Shown: piece after piece, positions 49,226 through 58,796 of the stretch
Position numbering within the stretch: the stretch's first letter is position 1
Layout of the letters: each line of letters starts with the position of its first letter
Assembly (NCBI GenBank): GCA_039030335.1
Contig: JBCCEJ010000004.1
Location: 9,771 to 73,770, forward strand
Direction of reading: 5' to 3'
Source: Pseudomonadota bacterium
GTDB lineage: Bacteria > Pseudomonadota > Gammaproteobacteria > HK1
DNA: 64,000 nucleotides
The notes under the pieces: model-generated
Told to the model about the DNA's origin: nothing
The model's input: only the letters and a program-made list of their open reading frames with translations
The model's database searches: none
Made by a program: the position numbers and the translations under genes

Positions 49226-50410
49226 ATGGCAGGCATTCTGGACGGCATCAGGGTTTTGGACTTCGGGCGCTACATCGCGGGTCCGTATTGCGCAGCGCTG
49301 CTCGGAGATATGGGTGCCGACGTGATCCGCATCGAGCGGCTGAGCGGAGGGGAAGATCGCTTCGTCACGCCGGTGACCGACGATGGCATCGGTTCGATGT
49401 TCATGCAGTGCAACCGCAACAAGCGCGGCATGACGTTGAATCCGACCAAACCGAAGGGCCGCGAGGTGGTCGAGCGCCTGGTCAAGACCGCCGACGTGGT
49501 CGTCGCGAACCTGCCGCCGGAGACGCTCAGACGGGTCGGTCTCGACTACGACACGCTGAAGAGCGTCAAACCCGACATTATCCTCGCGACCGTTACCGCG
49601 TTTGGCCTCGGTGGCCCGTTTAGCAACAAGGTGGGGTTCGACGGGCTCGCGCAGTCGATGTCGGGCAATCTGCACATGTCTGGTGAGGGCGATACACCGA
49701 CCCGTTCGTTTACTCCGTATGTCGACTTTGGGACGGCGTCGCTGACAGCTCTCTCGACCGTGGGCGCCCTGTTTCACCGCATGCGCACGGGCGAAGGGCA
49801 ACTCGTGCAGGGCGCCCTGCTCAAAACGGCGCTGACGATGATGAACGCAACGTTGATCGAGCAACACCACCTGAAGCTCAATCGCACAGGCCTGCTCAAT
49901 CGTGCCCCGACGTCGGGGCCGGCCGATGTCTTCAAGACCAAAGACGGCTGGCTGATGGCACTCGTTATCGGTCGGCCGCAGTTCGAGCGCTGGGCGGCGA
50001 TGGTGGGCGCCGAAGACTTGTTGGATGACCCGCGTTTCACTGACGACATCGGGCGCGGCGATCATGGCGAAGTGCTTTCCGAACGGATGCAGGCGTGGTG
50101 CGACAACTACACCAACGTGGAAGCGCTCGCGATCATGGAGGAGAACAAAGTTCCCGGCGGCCCCGTGTACTCGCCCCAAGAAGCGCTGGACGATGAGCAC
50201 ATCAACGCCATCGAGTTCTTTGAGAACGTGCAGTATCCGTCCGCGAGCGATTCTTCGCCGCTGTCCGGTTTTCCGGTATCGCTGTCGGAGACCCCAGGCA
50301 CCATACGTGCGCCCGCCCCGACGCTTTCCCAGCACACCGAAGAAGTACTCGCGGAACTCGGCTTTAGCGAAGCCGAGGTGGCTGAGCTGAAGGCAGAACG
50401 GGTCGTTTGA
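49226..50410 (+). CDS. CoA-transferase family III (CaiB/BaiF) protein
   Basis: LDGIRVLDFGRYIAGPYCAALLGDMGADVIRIER N terminus is diagnostic. Confidence 0.85.
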   Translation: MAGILDGIRVLDFGRYIAGPYCAALLGDMGADVIRIERLSGGEDRFVTPVTDDGIGSMFMQCNRNKRGMTLNPTKPKGREVVERLVKTADVVVANLPPETLRRVGLDYDTLKSVKPDIILATVTAFGLGGPFSNKVGFDGLAQSMSGNLHMSGEGDTPTRSFTPYVDFGTASLTALSTVGALFHRMRTGEGQLVQGALLKTALTMMNATLIEQHHLKLNRTGLLNRAPTSGPADVFKTKDGWLMALVIGRPQFERWAAMVGAEDLLDDPRFTDDIGRGDHGEVLSERMQAWCDNYTNVEALAIMEENKVPGGPVYSPQEALDDEHINAIEFFENVQYPSASDSSPLSGFPVSLSETPGTIRAPAPTLSQHTEEVLAELGFSEAEVAELKAERVV

Positions 50411-50427
50411 TAATGGGTCGTTTGATA
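50400..50427 (+). repeat. tandem direct repeat (gggtcgtttgata x2) spanning the CoA-transferase stop codon, producing two consecutive in-frame stops
   Basis: cgGGTCGTTTGATAatGGGTCGTTTGATAggg. Followed by an imperfect GC-rich hairpin at about 50431-50460. Confidence 0.4.
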
Positions 50428-50484
50428 GGGCGGGCGCCTCGGTAACGCGAGGGCGCCGCCTGTCCTGCGGTTGCGTCGCAGACC

Positions 50485-51138
50485 TTACGCCCGTCGACTC
50501 CGCAACCATACCAATGCGAGTAACCCGCCGCCCAGCAGCAGCGCTGGCGCAGGCGCTGGCACCTGCTTCACGACGACCACCACGTCGTCGAGCATGGGCC
50601 CGAAAGAGCCTTGGCTGGCCGTCAGCGCTGCGAAAGTAATGGTCGTCGTTGACGTCGATGCAGTGAAGTCGAACGTGTGTTGGACCCAGTTGGGAGCCGC
50701 GAGGCTGCCGCCGATGGCAGGCGCAAAATCTTGAGACAGATCGCCCGCGGTCACGCGGCCACTGGTTGCACCAAACCCGCTCGGCCGCGCCGACGCGAAG
50801 CTGAGTTCGTAGACCTCCCCGACGGCCGTCGGGATATCGAGGAAGACCGAACCCGGAGCGCTTGCCTGGAGGTCCACACTGTACTCTCCGTCATCTGCTC
50901 CGAAGCGCGATTCTTTCAGCCAGTCGATACCGGACCCGCCAACATTCCAGTTTGAAAAGGAGCCGCTGGTCCGACGCAGGAAGCCGCCGCTTGGGGGCGA
51001 GGGGAAGCCCCCGATCTCGAAGCTGCCCGTGCCCGCACCATGCGTCGTATCGATAATGTTGCCGTGAACAACCGGCACGGCGACCAGTAACGCCAAGCCG
51101 CTGATTAGCGAAAGCGTCAATACACGATTTTTCAACAT
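50485..51138 (-). CDS. secreted PEP-CTERM sorting-domain protein (VPAP variant), predicted exosortase substrate
   Basis: Signal peptide MLKNRVLTLSLISGLALLVAVPVVHG after a GGAGAG SD. C terminus VPAPAPALLLGGGLLALVWLRSRRA (a PEP-like motif, then a transmembrane segment, then a basic tail). The ORF track gives 51270. Confidence 0.65.
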   Translation of the reverse strand: MLKNRVLTLSLISGLALLVAVPVVHGNIIDTTHGAGTGSFEIGGFPSPPSGGFLRRTSGSFSNWNVGGSGIDWLKESRFGADDGEYSVDLQASAPGSVFLDIPTAVGEVYELSFASARPSGFGATSGRVTAGDLSQDFAPAIGGSLAAPNWVQHTFDFTASTSTTTITFAALTASQGSFGPMLDDVVVVVKQVPAPAPALLLGGGLLALVWLRSRRA

Positions 51139-51477
51139 AACCGCTCTCCAGATGGAACTTCTTGAGATCCTTAGCAACATCTGTGCCCGAGCTGGCAAGT
51201 TGTTGTTTTCGATAGGTTTCCAACTGCTCGGGTTTCGAATCAGCGCATGGACTGTAAAGATCCCCGACAAGACTGCTTGGTACTTCGACCTTGCCTGTCC
51301 GCCGGGTTGCCCGACGCCGCGCGTGCGTCGTTTGCAGTGGCAAACCTGAATCGGGCAGCGCTGAGCGCCGCGTGGAACGCACCCGGGTTATCCGGGCAGC
51401 GATTATTGCGCTGCCGACTGGTAGGATCCGGGCGCTCGGCTGCGAGTTGAACAGTCGGGCTTTAACGAGAGTTCTCT

Positions 51478-52023
51478 ATGGTAACTGCGCTTAGCTGGGT
51501 GGTCCGTGTTCTCGACGCCCTGAACGAATACGTCGGGCGCGCGGCCGCGTGGCTGACCGTCTTCATGGTGCTGATGGTCACGCTGATCGTCGTCATGCGC
51601 TACGTGTTTGGCCTGGGCTTCATCTGGATGCAGGAAAGCTACGTCTGGGCGCACGGCATGGTGTTCATGCTCGGCGCCGGTTACACGTTGCTACACGACG
51701 GGCACGTTCGGATCGACATCATTTACCGGTCCGCTTCGCAAACCTATCGTGACATCGTCAACATCATCGGATGCACCGCCTTTGTGCTGCCGGTTTGCTG
51801 GATCATCCTCGAGAAGAGCGTCGGCTATGTCTCCCGAAGCTTCCGGCTGATGGAATCGTCCGCCGAGGCCGGTGGCCTTCCCTACCTGTTCATTCTGAAA
51901 GGCATGATCTGGGCGTTTGCGATTCTGCTCGGGCTGCAGGCAATTTCACTGATCGTCCGCTCCATTCTGTCGCTCGCCGGCCACGAGGTGGAGCCGAACT
52001 ACAAGGACGCAGGCGCCGCATGA
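51478..52023 (+). CDS. dctQ: TRAP transporter small permease
   Basis: 181 aa with 4 transmembrane segments and DctQ-like conservation. ATGA overlap with the next gene. Confidence 0.85.
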   Translation: MVTALSWVVRVLDALNEYVGRAAAWLTVFMVLMVTLIVVMRYVFGLGFIWMQESYVWAHGMVFMLGAGYTLLHDGHVRIDIIYRSASQTYRDIVNIIGCTAFVLPVCWIILEKSVGYVSRSFRLMESSAEAGGLPYLFILKGMIWAFAILLGLQAISLIVRSILSLAGHEVEPNYKDAGAA

Positions 52024-53399
52024 GCGAGCAAGTCCTCGGTCTCATCATGTTCGGGACCACGCTGGTCCTGTTGATGCTCGGATTTCCCGTAGCGCTGACC
52101 CTTGCAGGCTCCGCGCTGCTGTTCGCTTACATCGGTGACTCGCTGGACCTGTTTCTGATGGCGTTGATGGGGGCATACCCGCAGCGGATTTTCGGGATCA
52201 TGCTAACCGAGACGTTCGTCGCCGTGCCGCTGTTCGTATTCATGGGCGTAATGCTGGAGCGGGCACGGATTGCGGGAGATCTCCTCGAGACGCTCGGCCT
52301 GATGTTTGGCCGGGTCAGAGGCGGGCTCGGGTTCACGGTCATCATCGTCGGCACGCTGCTCGCCGCGTCTACGGGAATCGTCGGTGCGACCGTCGTGACC
52401 ATGGGATTGTTGAGCTTGCCGCCGATGCTACGGGCCGGCTACGACCCCAAGCTCGCGACCGGCATCATCAACGGCGCGGGGACGCTCGGGCAGATCATCC
52501 CACCGTCGATCGTGTTGATCATCCTCGCAGACGTTCTGCAGGGGGCAAATGAGCAGGCTGCAGAGCTTCGCGGCGATCTGGCGCCTGAGCCGGTTACGGG
52601 CATCGACCTGTTTGCCGGCGCGCTGTTTCCCGGGCTGTTGCTGGTTTGCTTCTATACGCTGTATCAGGTCTTCATGGCGGTGTACCGGCCCGAATCCTGT
52701 CCCGCCCTGATTCAGGGGGACGAGGAGAGGCCTCCGCTCATGGGGCGCTTCCTGCGCGTCGTACTTCCGCCGATTGCGCTCATCGTTCTCGTCTTGGGAT
52801 CAATTCTCGTTGGTGCGGCAACACCCACCGAGTCGGCTGCCGTTGGCGCTGTTGGTGCGACCCTGATCGCTGCGAGCTACAAGCGTCTTTCGGTCGGTAT
52901 CTTGCGGGAGGTTGCTCAGGCGACGCTCAAAGTATCCACGATGGTCTTCGTCATTCTGATCGGCGCGTCGATGTTTTCGCTCGTGTTCCGTGGATTTGGC
53001 GGCGACGAGATGATCGAGGAGTTCCTGGGAAACCTGCCGGGAGGAGCGGTCGGGGCGATGCTGCTTGTCATGGTCGTGATCTTCCTGCTCGGCTTCTTCC
53101 TCGACTTCATTGAAATCATCTTTGTCGTGATTCCAATCGTCGCGCCAATACTCATCGCGCTCGGCATCAATCCCCTGTGGCTGGGCGTGATGGTCGGGAT
53201 CAACCTGCAAACCAGCTTCCTTACACCGCCGTTTGGGTTCGCGCTCTTTTATCTGCGCGGCGTTGCACCGCCGAGCGTGAAGACGTCGGACATCTACAAG
53301 GGCGTGATTCCTTTCATCGCGATACAGGTGATAACGCTCTGCGTTCTGTCTCTGTTCCCTGAACTCGCAACGTGGCTGCCGTCGGTATTGTTCAAGTAG
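52020..53399 (+). CDS. dctM: TRAP transporter large permease
   Basis: MSEQVLGLIMFGTTLVLLMLGFPVALTLAG, typical of DctM. 459 aa. Confidence 0.85.
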   Translation: MSEQVLGLIMFGTTLVLLMLGFPVALTLAGSALLFAYIGDSLDLFLMALMGAYPQRIFGIMLTETFVAVPLFVFMGVMLERARIAGDLLETLGLMFGRVRGGLGFTVIIVGTLLAASTGIVGATVVTMGLLSLPPMLRAGYDPKLATGIINGAGTLGQIIPPSIVLIILADVLQGANEQAAELRGDLAPEPVTGIDLFAGALFPGLLLVCFYTLYQVFMAVYRPESCPALIQGDEERPPLMGRFLRVVLPPIALIVLVLGSILVGAATPTESAAVGAVGATLIAASYKRLSVGILREVAQATLKVSTMVFVILIGASMFSLVFRGFGGDEMIEEFLGNLPGGAVGAMLLVMVVIFLLGFFLDFIEIIFVVIPIVAPILIALGINPLWLGVMVGINLQTSFLTPPFGFALFYLRGVAPPSVKTSDIYKGVIPFIAIQVITLCVLSLFPELATWLPSVLFK

Positions 53400-53473
53400 G
53401 TCGGTCGACCCGGAAAAGCGAAAGGGGCGGATTCGTACATCCGCCCCTTTCCCGGTCTCCCGTCGACGCGCCG

Positions 53474-54559
53474 TCAGAGCTTTGCGTAGTCGCGTGATTC
53501 GATGAAGGCGCCCTCCGAAAGGCGGGCCCAGTTCACAGAGGTTTTGCGATACGCCACAACGTGGTCGTAGATTTCTTTCGACAGCTTGTCCTTTGAAGCA
53601 ACGTCCGCGAGCACCTGAGGCGCGCGGCCGCCGATGGCTTTCAGAAGTTCTTCGCTGTACTTCTTGACCTGCACACCTTCCTCGTTGACGAGGGCATCCA
53701 TCGCTGCATTGTTGAGCGCCTGGAACTGCGACAGCAGCATGATATTCATCTTCGCAGCTGCATGTTCGACGATCGCGCGCGATGCCTTATCGAGCGCATC
53801 GAACTCGGCTTTGTTGATGAAGCAGTCGAGCACTGTCGCCGGTTCATGCCAGCCGGGGTAGTAGTAGTACTTGGCGACTTTGAACAAGCCTTTGCCACGG
53901 TCGGCGACTGGGCCGATCCACTCGGTGCCGTCGATCGCGCCCGATGTGAGGGCGGGCAATACCTCAGTGCCGGGCAGGAGAATCACATTGACCCCGAAGG
54001 TCTTGAGGATTTCACCGCCGAGGCCGGGCATCCGGAACTTCAGACCTTTCAGGTCGTCGACCGTATTGATTTCCTTGTTGTACCAGCCGCCCATCTGGTT
54101 CCCGGTGTTGCCGCATGGCAGGAACTGCAGTCCGAGCTCGTTGTAGATCTTGTTGCAGATCTCCAGCCCGCCGGCCTGGTACAACCAGCCGTTTTGCTCT
54201 TGCGCATTCAGGCCGAATGGCATCCCGGCAACGAATTGGATCGCGTTGGACTTGCCGGTCCAATAGTAGGGCGCGCCGATGCCGATCTGAGCCGTACCTT
54301 CCTGCACCGCGTCGAATGATTCGAATGGCTTCACCAGCTCGTTTGCATGGTAGACCTTGATGGTGAGCTTGCCTTCCGAGGCTTCGCCTACGAAGGCGGC
54401 AAACGCATCCCATGCGCGTCCAAGGAGGCCGGCCTTTCCGAAGGCGCTGACTGCCACCCACTTTTTCTTGCCCTTGGCGATCGCTGGCGCCGCGATGGTC
54501 GACGCGGCGGCGGCGGCACCCGCAACACCTGCGCCCTTTACGAATGAACGTCTTTTCAT
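53474..54559 (-). CDS. dctP: TRAP transporter substrate-binding protein (DctP family) with a twin-arginine-like signal peptide
   Basis: MKRRSFVKGAGVAGAAAAASTIAAPAIA signal. GGGGGAAG SD upstream of ATG 54559. Convergent with dctQM. The ORF track gives 54646. Confidence 0.8.
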   Translation of the reverse strand: MKRRSFVKGAGVAGAAAAASTIAAPAIAKGKKKWVAVSAFGKAGLLGRAWDAFAAFVGEASEGKLTIKVYHANELVKPFESFDAVQEGTAQIGIGAPYYWTGKSNAIQFVAGMPFGLNAQEQNGWLYQAGGLEICNKIYNELGLQFLPCGNTGNQMGGWYNKEINTVDDLKGLKFRMPGLGGEILKTFGVNVILLPGTEVLPALTSGAIDGTEWIGPVADRGKGLFKVAKYYYYPGWHEPATVLDCFINKAEFDALDKASRAIVEHAAAKMNIMLLSQFQALNNAAMDALVNEEGVQVKKYSEELLKAIGGRAPQVLADVASKDKLSKEIYDHVVAYRKTSVNWARLSEGAFIESRDYAKL

Positions 54560-55018
54560 ACAGTTACTTCCCCCAGAGGAGTTTGATTCGGGTCGAATTG
54601 TGCACTCGCCGAAACGCCTCGAATCAAGGCACCAGGACGCGTACATGGCGTGAGCTTATCACCCAAATCTGCTGCTCGATACAACGTTTCCGAGCGGTTT
54701 GCGCCAATGCATCGGGAGCCTCGTTATGGCTCCTGCAAGCCGTCGCGATGTGCAGGTGCTATCACTCTGGGAGTGCCTCGCGGCGATAACGAGCCGCTTA
54801 ACTTTGCACGCCCGCGTGCCGTCTGGGGCGTAGCTGGCGATATGCAGTTCTCGCGGAGATCTGCCCGGAGCCTCCCGAGCAGAACCAGACGGCGCGGTAG
54901 ACCGCTCATCCGCGGACGCAGCCATCACGGCCGCGTGCGATGTACCCGATGTGTGCGGCCTGCCAATCGTCGGCGCTGTTGTCCGAACCAGCGTGCCGGC
55001 CATCTCGTGCTTCGAAGA

Positions 55019-56347
55019 TCACGCACCTGGCCGTGAGAGTCCGTAGTGATCGCGCAGCATCGTGCCTTCATACGCGGTTCTGAACCGTCCACGACGTTGC
55101 AGAATCGGCACGACTTCATCGACAAAAACATCCAGCATCCAGGGCAACAGCGGGGGCATCAGATTGAACCCATCTGCAGCGCCCCCGTCGACCCAGTCTT
55201 CCATGATGTCCGCTACCTGCTCCGGCGTGCCGGCCATCACGTAGTGACCCCTTGCACCAGCCAGCTTGCCGAGCAGTTGGCGCAGCGTGGGTTGCTCTTC
55301 CCGCACGATCTTGAGAATGAGCTCAACCCTGCTGCGCGTGCCCTGGTTCAAACTGGCATCCGGGAAGTCCTCGGGCGAAAGGGGTTTGTCCAACGGGAGA
55401 TGCGTCAGGTCTTCTCCGTCGAAGCGGTCGGAGAGCTTCAGTCGGCCAACTTCCGGATCCGCCAGTTCATTGAGTTCACGCTCCAGGCGTTTGGCCTCTG
55501 CCTCCGTGCTCGCGATCATCGGGCTGAATCCAGGCAGAATCACGGCCTGGTCGACATTGCGCCCGGCCGCGGCAACCCGGGACTTCTGGTCCGAATAGAA
55601 CGCCTTGGCGCTTTCCATATTGGAGTGGGCCGTAAAAATCGCTTCGCCATGACGCGCCGCGAAGTCTCGCCCTGTATCGGATGAACCGGCCTGAACCAAT
55701 ACGGGCCAGCCTTGTGGGCACCGAGGTATGTTGAGCGGACCGGCCACCTGAAAATGCGATCCTTCGTGATCGATCGGTTTGATCTCACCGAGATCCGCGT
55801 AGAGACCTTGCGCGCGATCGTCAACGACCGCTGCGTCCGACCAACTGTCCCATAGCGACTTCGCGACTTCGACGAACTCTTCGCCACGGTCGTAGCGGTC
55901 GGCATGGCTTGCCCGCTCGGCGGAACTGAAGTTGCGGCTGGCGGGAATGCTGAACGTCGTCACGATGTTCCAGCCGATACGCCCGCCGCTCGCGTGATCC
56001 AGTGACGCCAGCTGGCGGGCGAGATTGAATGGCTCCGTATAGCTTGTAGAAGCCGTGGCGATGAGTCCGATCCGTTCCGTTGTAACCGCCAATGAACCAA
56101 GCGTCGTCAGTGGTTCCAGAAAGACCCTTGAAGCGCGGTCTACATCCTTTGGCGCGGCGAGTGTGTCGGCCAGGAAGATCGAATCGAAGCAGGCCGCTTC
56201 AGCCTTTTGCGCACATTCGATGTAGTGCTTTACATCGGTGAGCGCACGGGTTGTCGACTGGGGATGGCGCCATGAGGCTTCATGATGACCGCGACTGTAA
56301 AGGAACAGATTGATGTGGAATTGTCGTTTCACTTTTTGCGCTCGCAT
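55019..56347 (-). CDS. LLM-class flavin-dependent monooxygenase, NtaA/SnaA/DszA/SoxA family
   Basis: 442 aa. HINLFLYSRGHHEASWRH N terminus typical of this family. Confidence 0.85.
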   Translation of the reverse strand: MRAQKVKRQFHINLFLYSRGHHEASWRHPQSTTRALTDVKHYIECAQKAEAACFDSIFLADTLAAPKDVDRASRVFLEPLTTLGSLAVTTERIGLIATASTSYTEPFNLARQLASLDHASGGRIGWNIVTTFSIPASRNFSSAERASHADRYDRGEEFVEVAKSLWDSWSDAAVVDDRAQGLYADLGEIKPIDHEGSHFQVAGPLNIPRCPQGWPVLVQAGSSDTGRDFAARHGEAIFTAHSNMESAKAFYSDQKSRVAAAGRNVDQAVILPGFSPMIASTEAEAKRLERELNELADPEVGRLKLSDRFDGEDLTHLPLDKPLSPEDFPDASLNQGTRSRVELILKIVREEQPTLRQLLGKLAGARGHYVMAGTPEQVADIMEDWVDGGAADGFNLMPPLLPWMLDVFVDEVVPILQRRGRFRTAYEGTMLRDHYGLSRPGA

Positions 56348-56761
56348 ACCTCAACACGATCTCTCGACCGTTCAGGTCGCGCTCATGTTGCCGGCCACAC
56401 ATACGTGGTTGCCAACCATCTAGAATGCGTTAACCAAGGCGAGGAAAGCAACGCTCTCACCGGCTTCTTCGGCGGCGCGTCGGCTTTCGGGCTCTGGGAT
56501 TCGTAGCCGTAAATGGTCCGCGTTTCCTGCGCATCAGAACGAGCGTGTGGAACTCGAACGAGTCCGTGACGAGGCATGCCAGACGAACCAGCAGGCGGCT
56601 TTACTTCGTATGGAAGCGCGGCTTGGTCGCCGCGGCGCCTTACACTTTCAGTCTCGCGGTGCCCTGCGCGATTTGCTGCGCGCGCCACATACGGTTGCGA
56701 GTTTGGTTGCGTGTCGTTAGCGTGCTCTTCGAGTTCTGGCTGACGCTGAGAGGTAGTGCGA

Positions 56762-57769
56762 ATGCGTGCATGGGAAATCGTATCTGGTGGCGGCGTGGAC
56801 GCGCTTGCGCTCAACACCCGGGACGCCACAGCGCCCGGGCCGGGGCAAGTGCAGGTCTCGTTGCGTGCGTCTTCTATCAATTACCGCGACCTGACTACCG
56901 TGGAAGATCCGATAGGCCGCAAGCTGCCGTTGCCGACGATACCGAACTCCGACGGCGCGGGCGTGGTGACCGCTGTCGGTGATGACGTCACCGAGTTCGC
57001 AGTGGGCGATCGCGTGATGAGCACCTTCTTCGAAGACTGGGACGCGGGTCCGGTCACGACGTATGCGATGTCCACCGCGCTCGGCGGTGCGCGCCAGGGC
57101 GTACTGGCCGAGCAGTTCGTACTGGATGCGCGCGGCGTGATCGCGATTCCGGATTATATGAGCTTTGCGGAGGCAGCCACGCTTCCCTGTGCCGCGCTAA
57201 CCGCGTGGCACGCGTTGACGCAGCCGCACCCGGTGGTTGCCGGCGACACGGTGCTGCTGTTGGGTACTGGTGGTGTTTCGGTGTTCGCCCAGCAGTTCTG
57301 CAACGTGATGGGGGCCCGATCCATCGTAACGTCGTCGAGCGACGCGAAGCTCGAGCGAATGCGCGCGCTCGGCGCGGGCGAGACCATCAACTACGCTGAA
57401 ACTCCGGACTGGGAAACGGAAGTTCTAAACAGGTGTGCCGGTGGTGTGGATCGCGTGGTCGAAGTGGGTGGCCCGGGCACGCTGGCAAAGTCCATACAGG
57501 CTGCAAAGGTCGGCGGGGTGGTGGCGCTCATCGGTATCCTGACCGGCGCGGCCGGCACCGTAACGCCGACCGACATCATGCGGAAGTCGATCACGCTTCG
57601 AGGCATCTACGTGGGCCCACGCCAGATGTTCAGGGAGATGAACGCAGCGCTCGCGCTGCACGAGATTCGGCCGGTTATCGATGAGACGTTCCGATTCGAG
57701 GATGCTCCCGATGCCTATAGAGCCATGCGCGCGGCGCAGCACTTCGGCAAGCTGGTCATCGAGGTGTGA
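56762..57769 (+). CDS. medium-chain dehydrogenase/reductase (zinc-binding alcohol dehydrogenase / NADPH:quinone oxidoreductase family)
   Basis: GTGGVSVFAQQFCNVMGA cofactor-binding motif. ATG 56762 with a GAGAGG SD. The ORF track starts at GTG 56756. Confidence 0.8.
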   Translation: MRAWEIVSGGGVDALALNTRDATAPGPGQVQVSLRASSINYRDLTTVEDPIGRKLPLPTIPNSDGAGVVTAVGDDVTEFAVGDRVMSTFFEDWDAGPVTTYAMSTALGGARQGVLAEQFVLDARGVIAIPDYMSFAEAATLPCAALTAWHALTQPHPVVAGDTVLLLGTGGVSVFAQQFCNVMGARSIVTSSSDAKLERMRALGAGETINYAETPDWETEVLNRCAGGVDRVVEVGGPGTLAKSIQAAKVGGVVALIGILTGAAGTVTPTDIMRKSITLRGIYVGPRQMFREMNAALALHEIRPVIDETFRFEDAPDAYRAMRAAQHFGKLVIEV

Positions 57770-57784
57770 CGGAGAACGCGCACC

Positions 57785-58789
57785 ATGGGAGTTTCCGAGA
57801 TGACTGACACGGCGCCCGACTACAGCCTTGCGGCCCTCGACGCGGCGGCAGAACGCGTGCATGCCGTGCTGCCGCCAACGCCGCAGCAGCACTGGCCGCT
57901 GTTGAGCGAACTGGTGGGAGCCGAAGTCTGGGTCAAGCACGAGAATCACACACCAGTTGGTGCGTTCAAGGTGCGCGGCGGCATCAACTACGTCCACCAG
58001 CTTAAGGCGCGCGATCCGAACGTGGCAGAAGTGGTAGCGGCGTCCACCGGAAACCATGGACAAAGTGTTATCTACGCGGCGCGCCGGGGTGGGCTGAAAG
58101 CGACGATCGTGGTGCCAGAAGGCAACAACCCGGAGAAGTCGGCATCGATGCGTGCGCTCGGTGCCGATCTCGTCGAGCATGGTGCTGACTTCAATGTGAG
58201 CTTCGATCACGCTAAGACACTGGCGGGCGAGCGGCGCGCGCATCTGTTCGAGTCGTATCATCCCGATCTCGTCAGAGGCGTCTCGAGCTACGCGCTGGAA
58301 TTGTTTCGGGGTGCACCGGAACTCGATGCGGTGTACGTGCCCATTGGTATGGGCTCTGGTTGCAACGGCGTCGTCGCGGCCCGGGATGCACTGGGTCTGG
58401 ATACCGAGGTGATAGGCGTGGTGGCAGAACAGGCGCCGGCCTATCTGCACTCGTTTCGAAGCGGCGCGCCCGTGCAGTCCAATCTCTGCGCCACATTCGC
58501 TGAGGGGCTGGCCGTGCGTATTCCGCACGCAGAAGCCTTGCAGATGATACTGAACGGTGTCTCACGCGTGGTGGCAGTCAGCGAAGACGATCTCGCCGAA
58601 TCGATGCGGCAGCTGTTTTCAGCGACGCACAACATTGCGGAGGGCGCGGGTGCCAGCGCGTTCGCGGCGCTCATGAACGAGCGCGAAGAAATGGCGGGCA
58701 AACGCGTCGCCGTCGTCATCTCCGGCGGCAACATGGACCGGGCGCGGTACCTGGAAGTACTCGCGGGCGGTACGCCGGGGCGCACGTAG
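57785..58789 (+). CDS. PLP-dependent threonine/serine dehydratase family enzyme
   Basis: ENHTPVGAFKVRGG (PLP lysine motif) and AASTGNHGQ. GGAGAA SD upstream. Confidence 0.8.
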   Translation: MGVSEMTDTAPDYSLAALDAAAERVHAVLPPTPQQHWPLLSELVGAEVWVKHENHTPVGAFKVRGGINYVHQLKARDPNVAEVVAASTGNHGQSVIYAARRGGLKATIVVPEGNNPEKSASMRALGADLVEHGADFNVSFDHAKTLAGERRAHLFESYHPDLVRGVSSYALELFRGAPELDAVYVPIGMGSGCNGVVAARDALGLDTEVIGVVAEQAPAYLHSFRSGAPVQSNLCATFAEGLAVRIPHAEALQMILNGVSRVVAVSEDDLAESMRQLFSATHNIAEGAGASAFAALMNEREEMAGKRVAVVISGGNMDRARYLEVLAGGTPGRT

Positions 58790-58796
58790 GCTGTTG

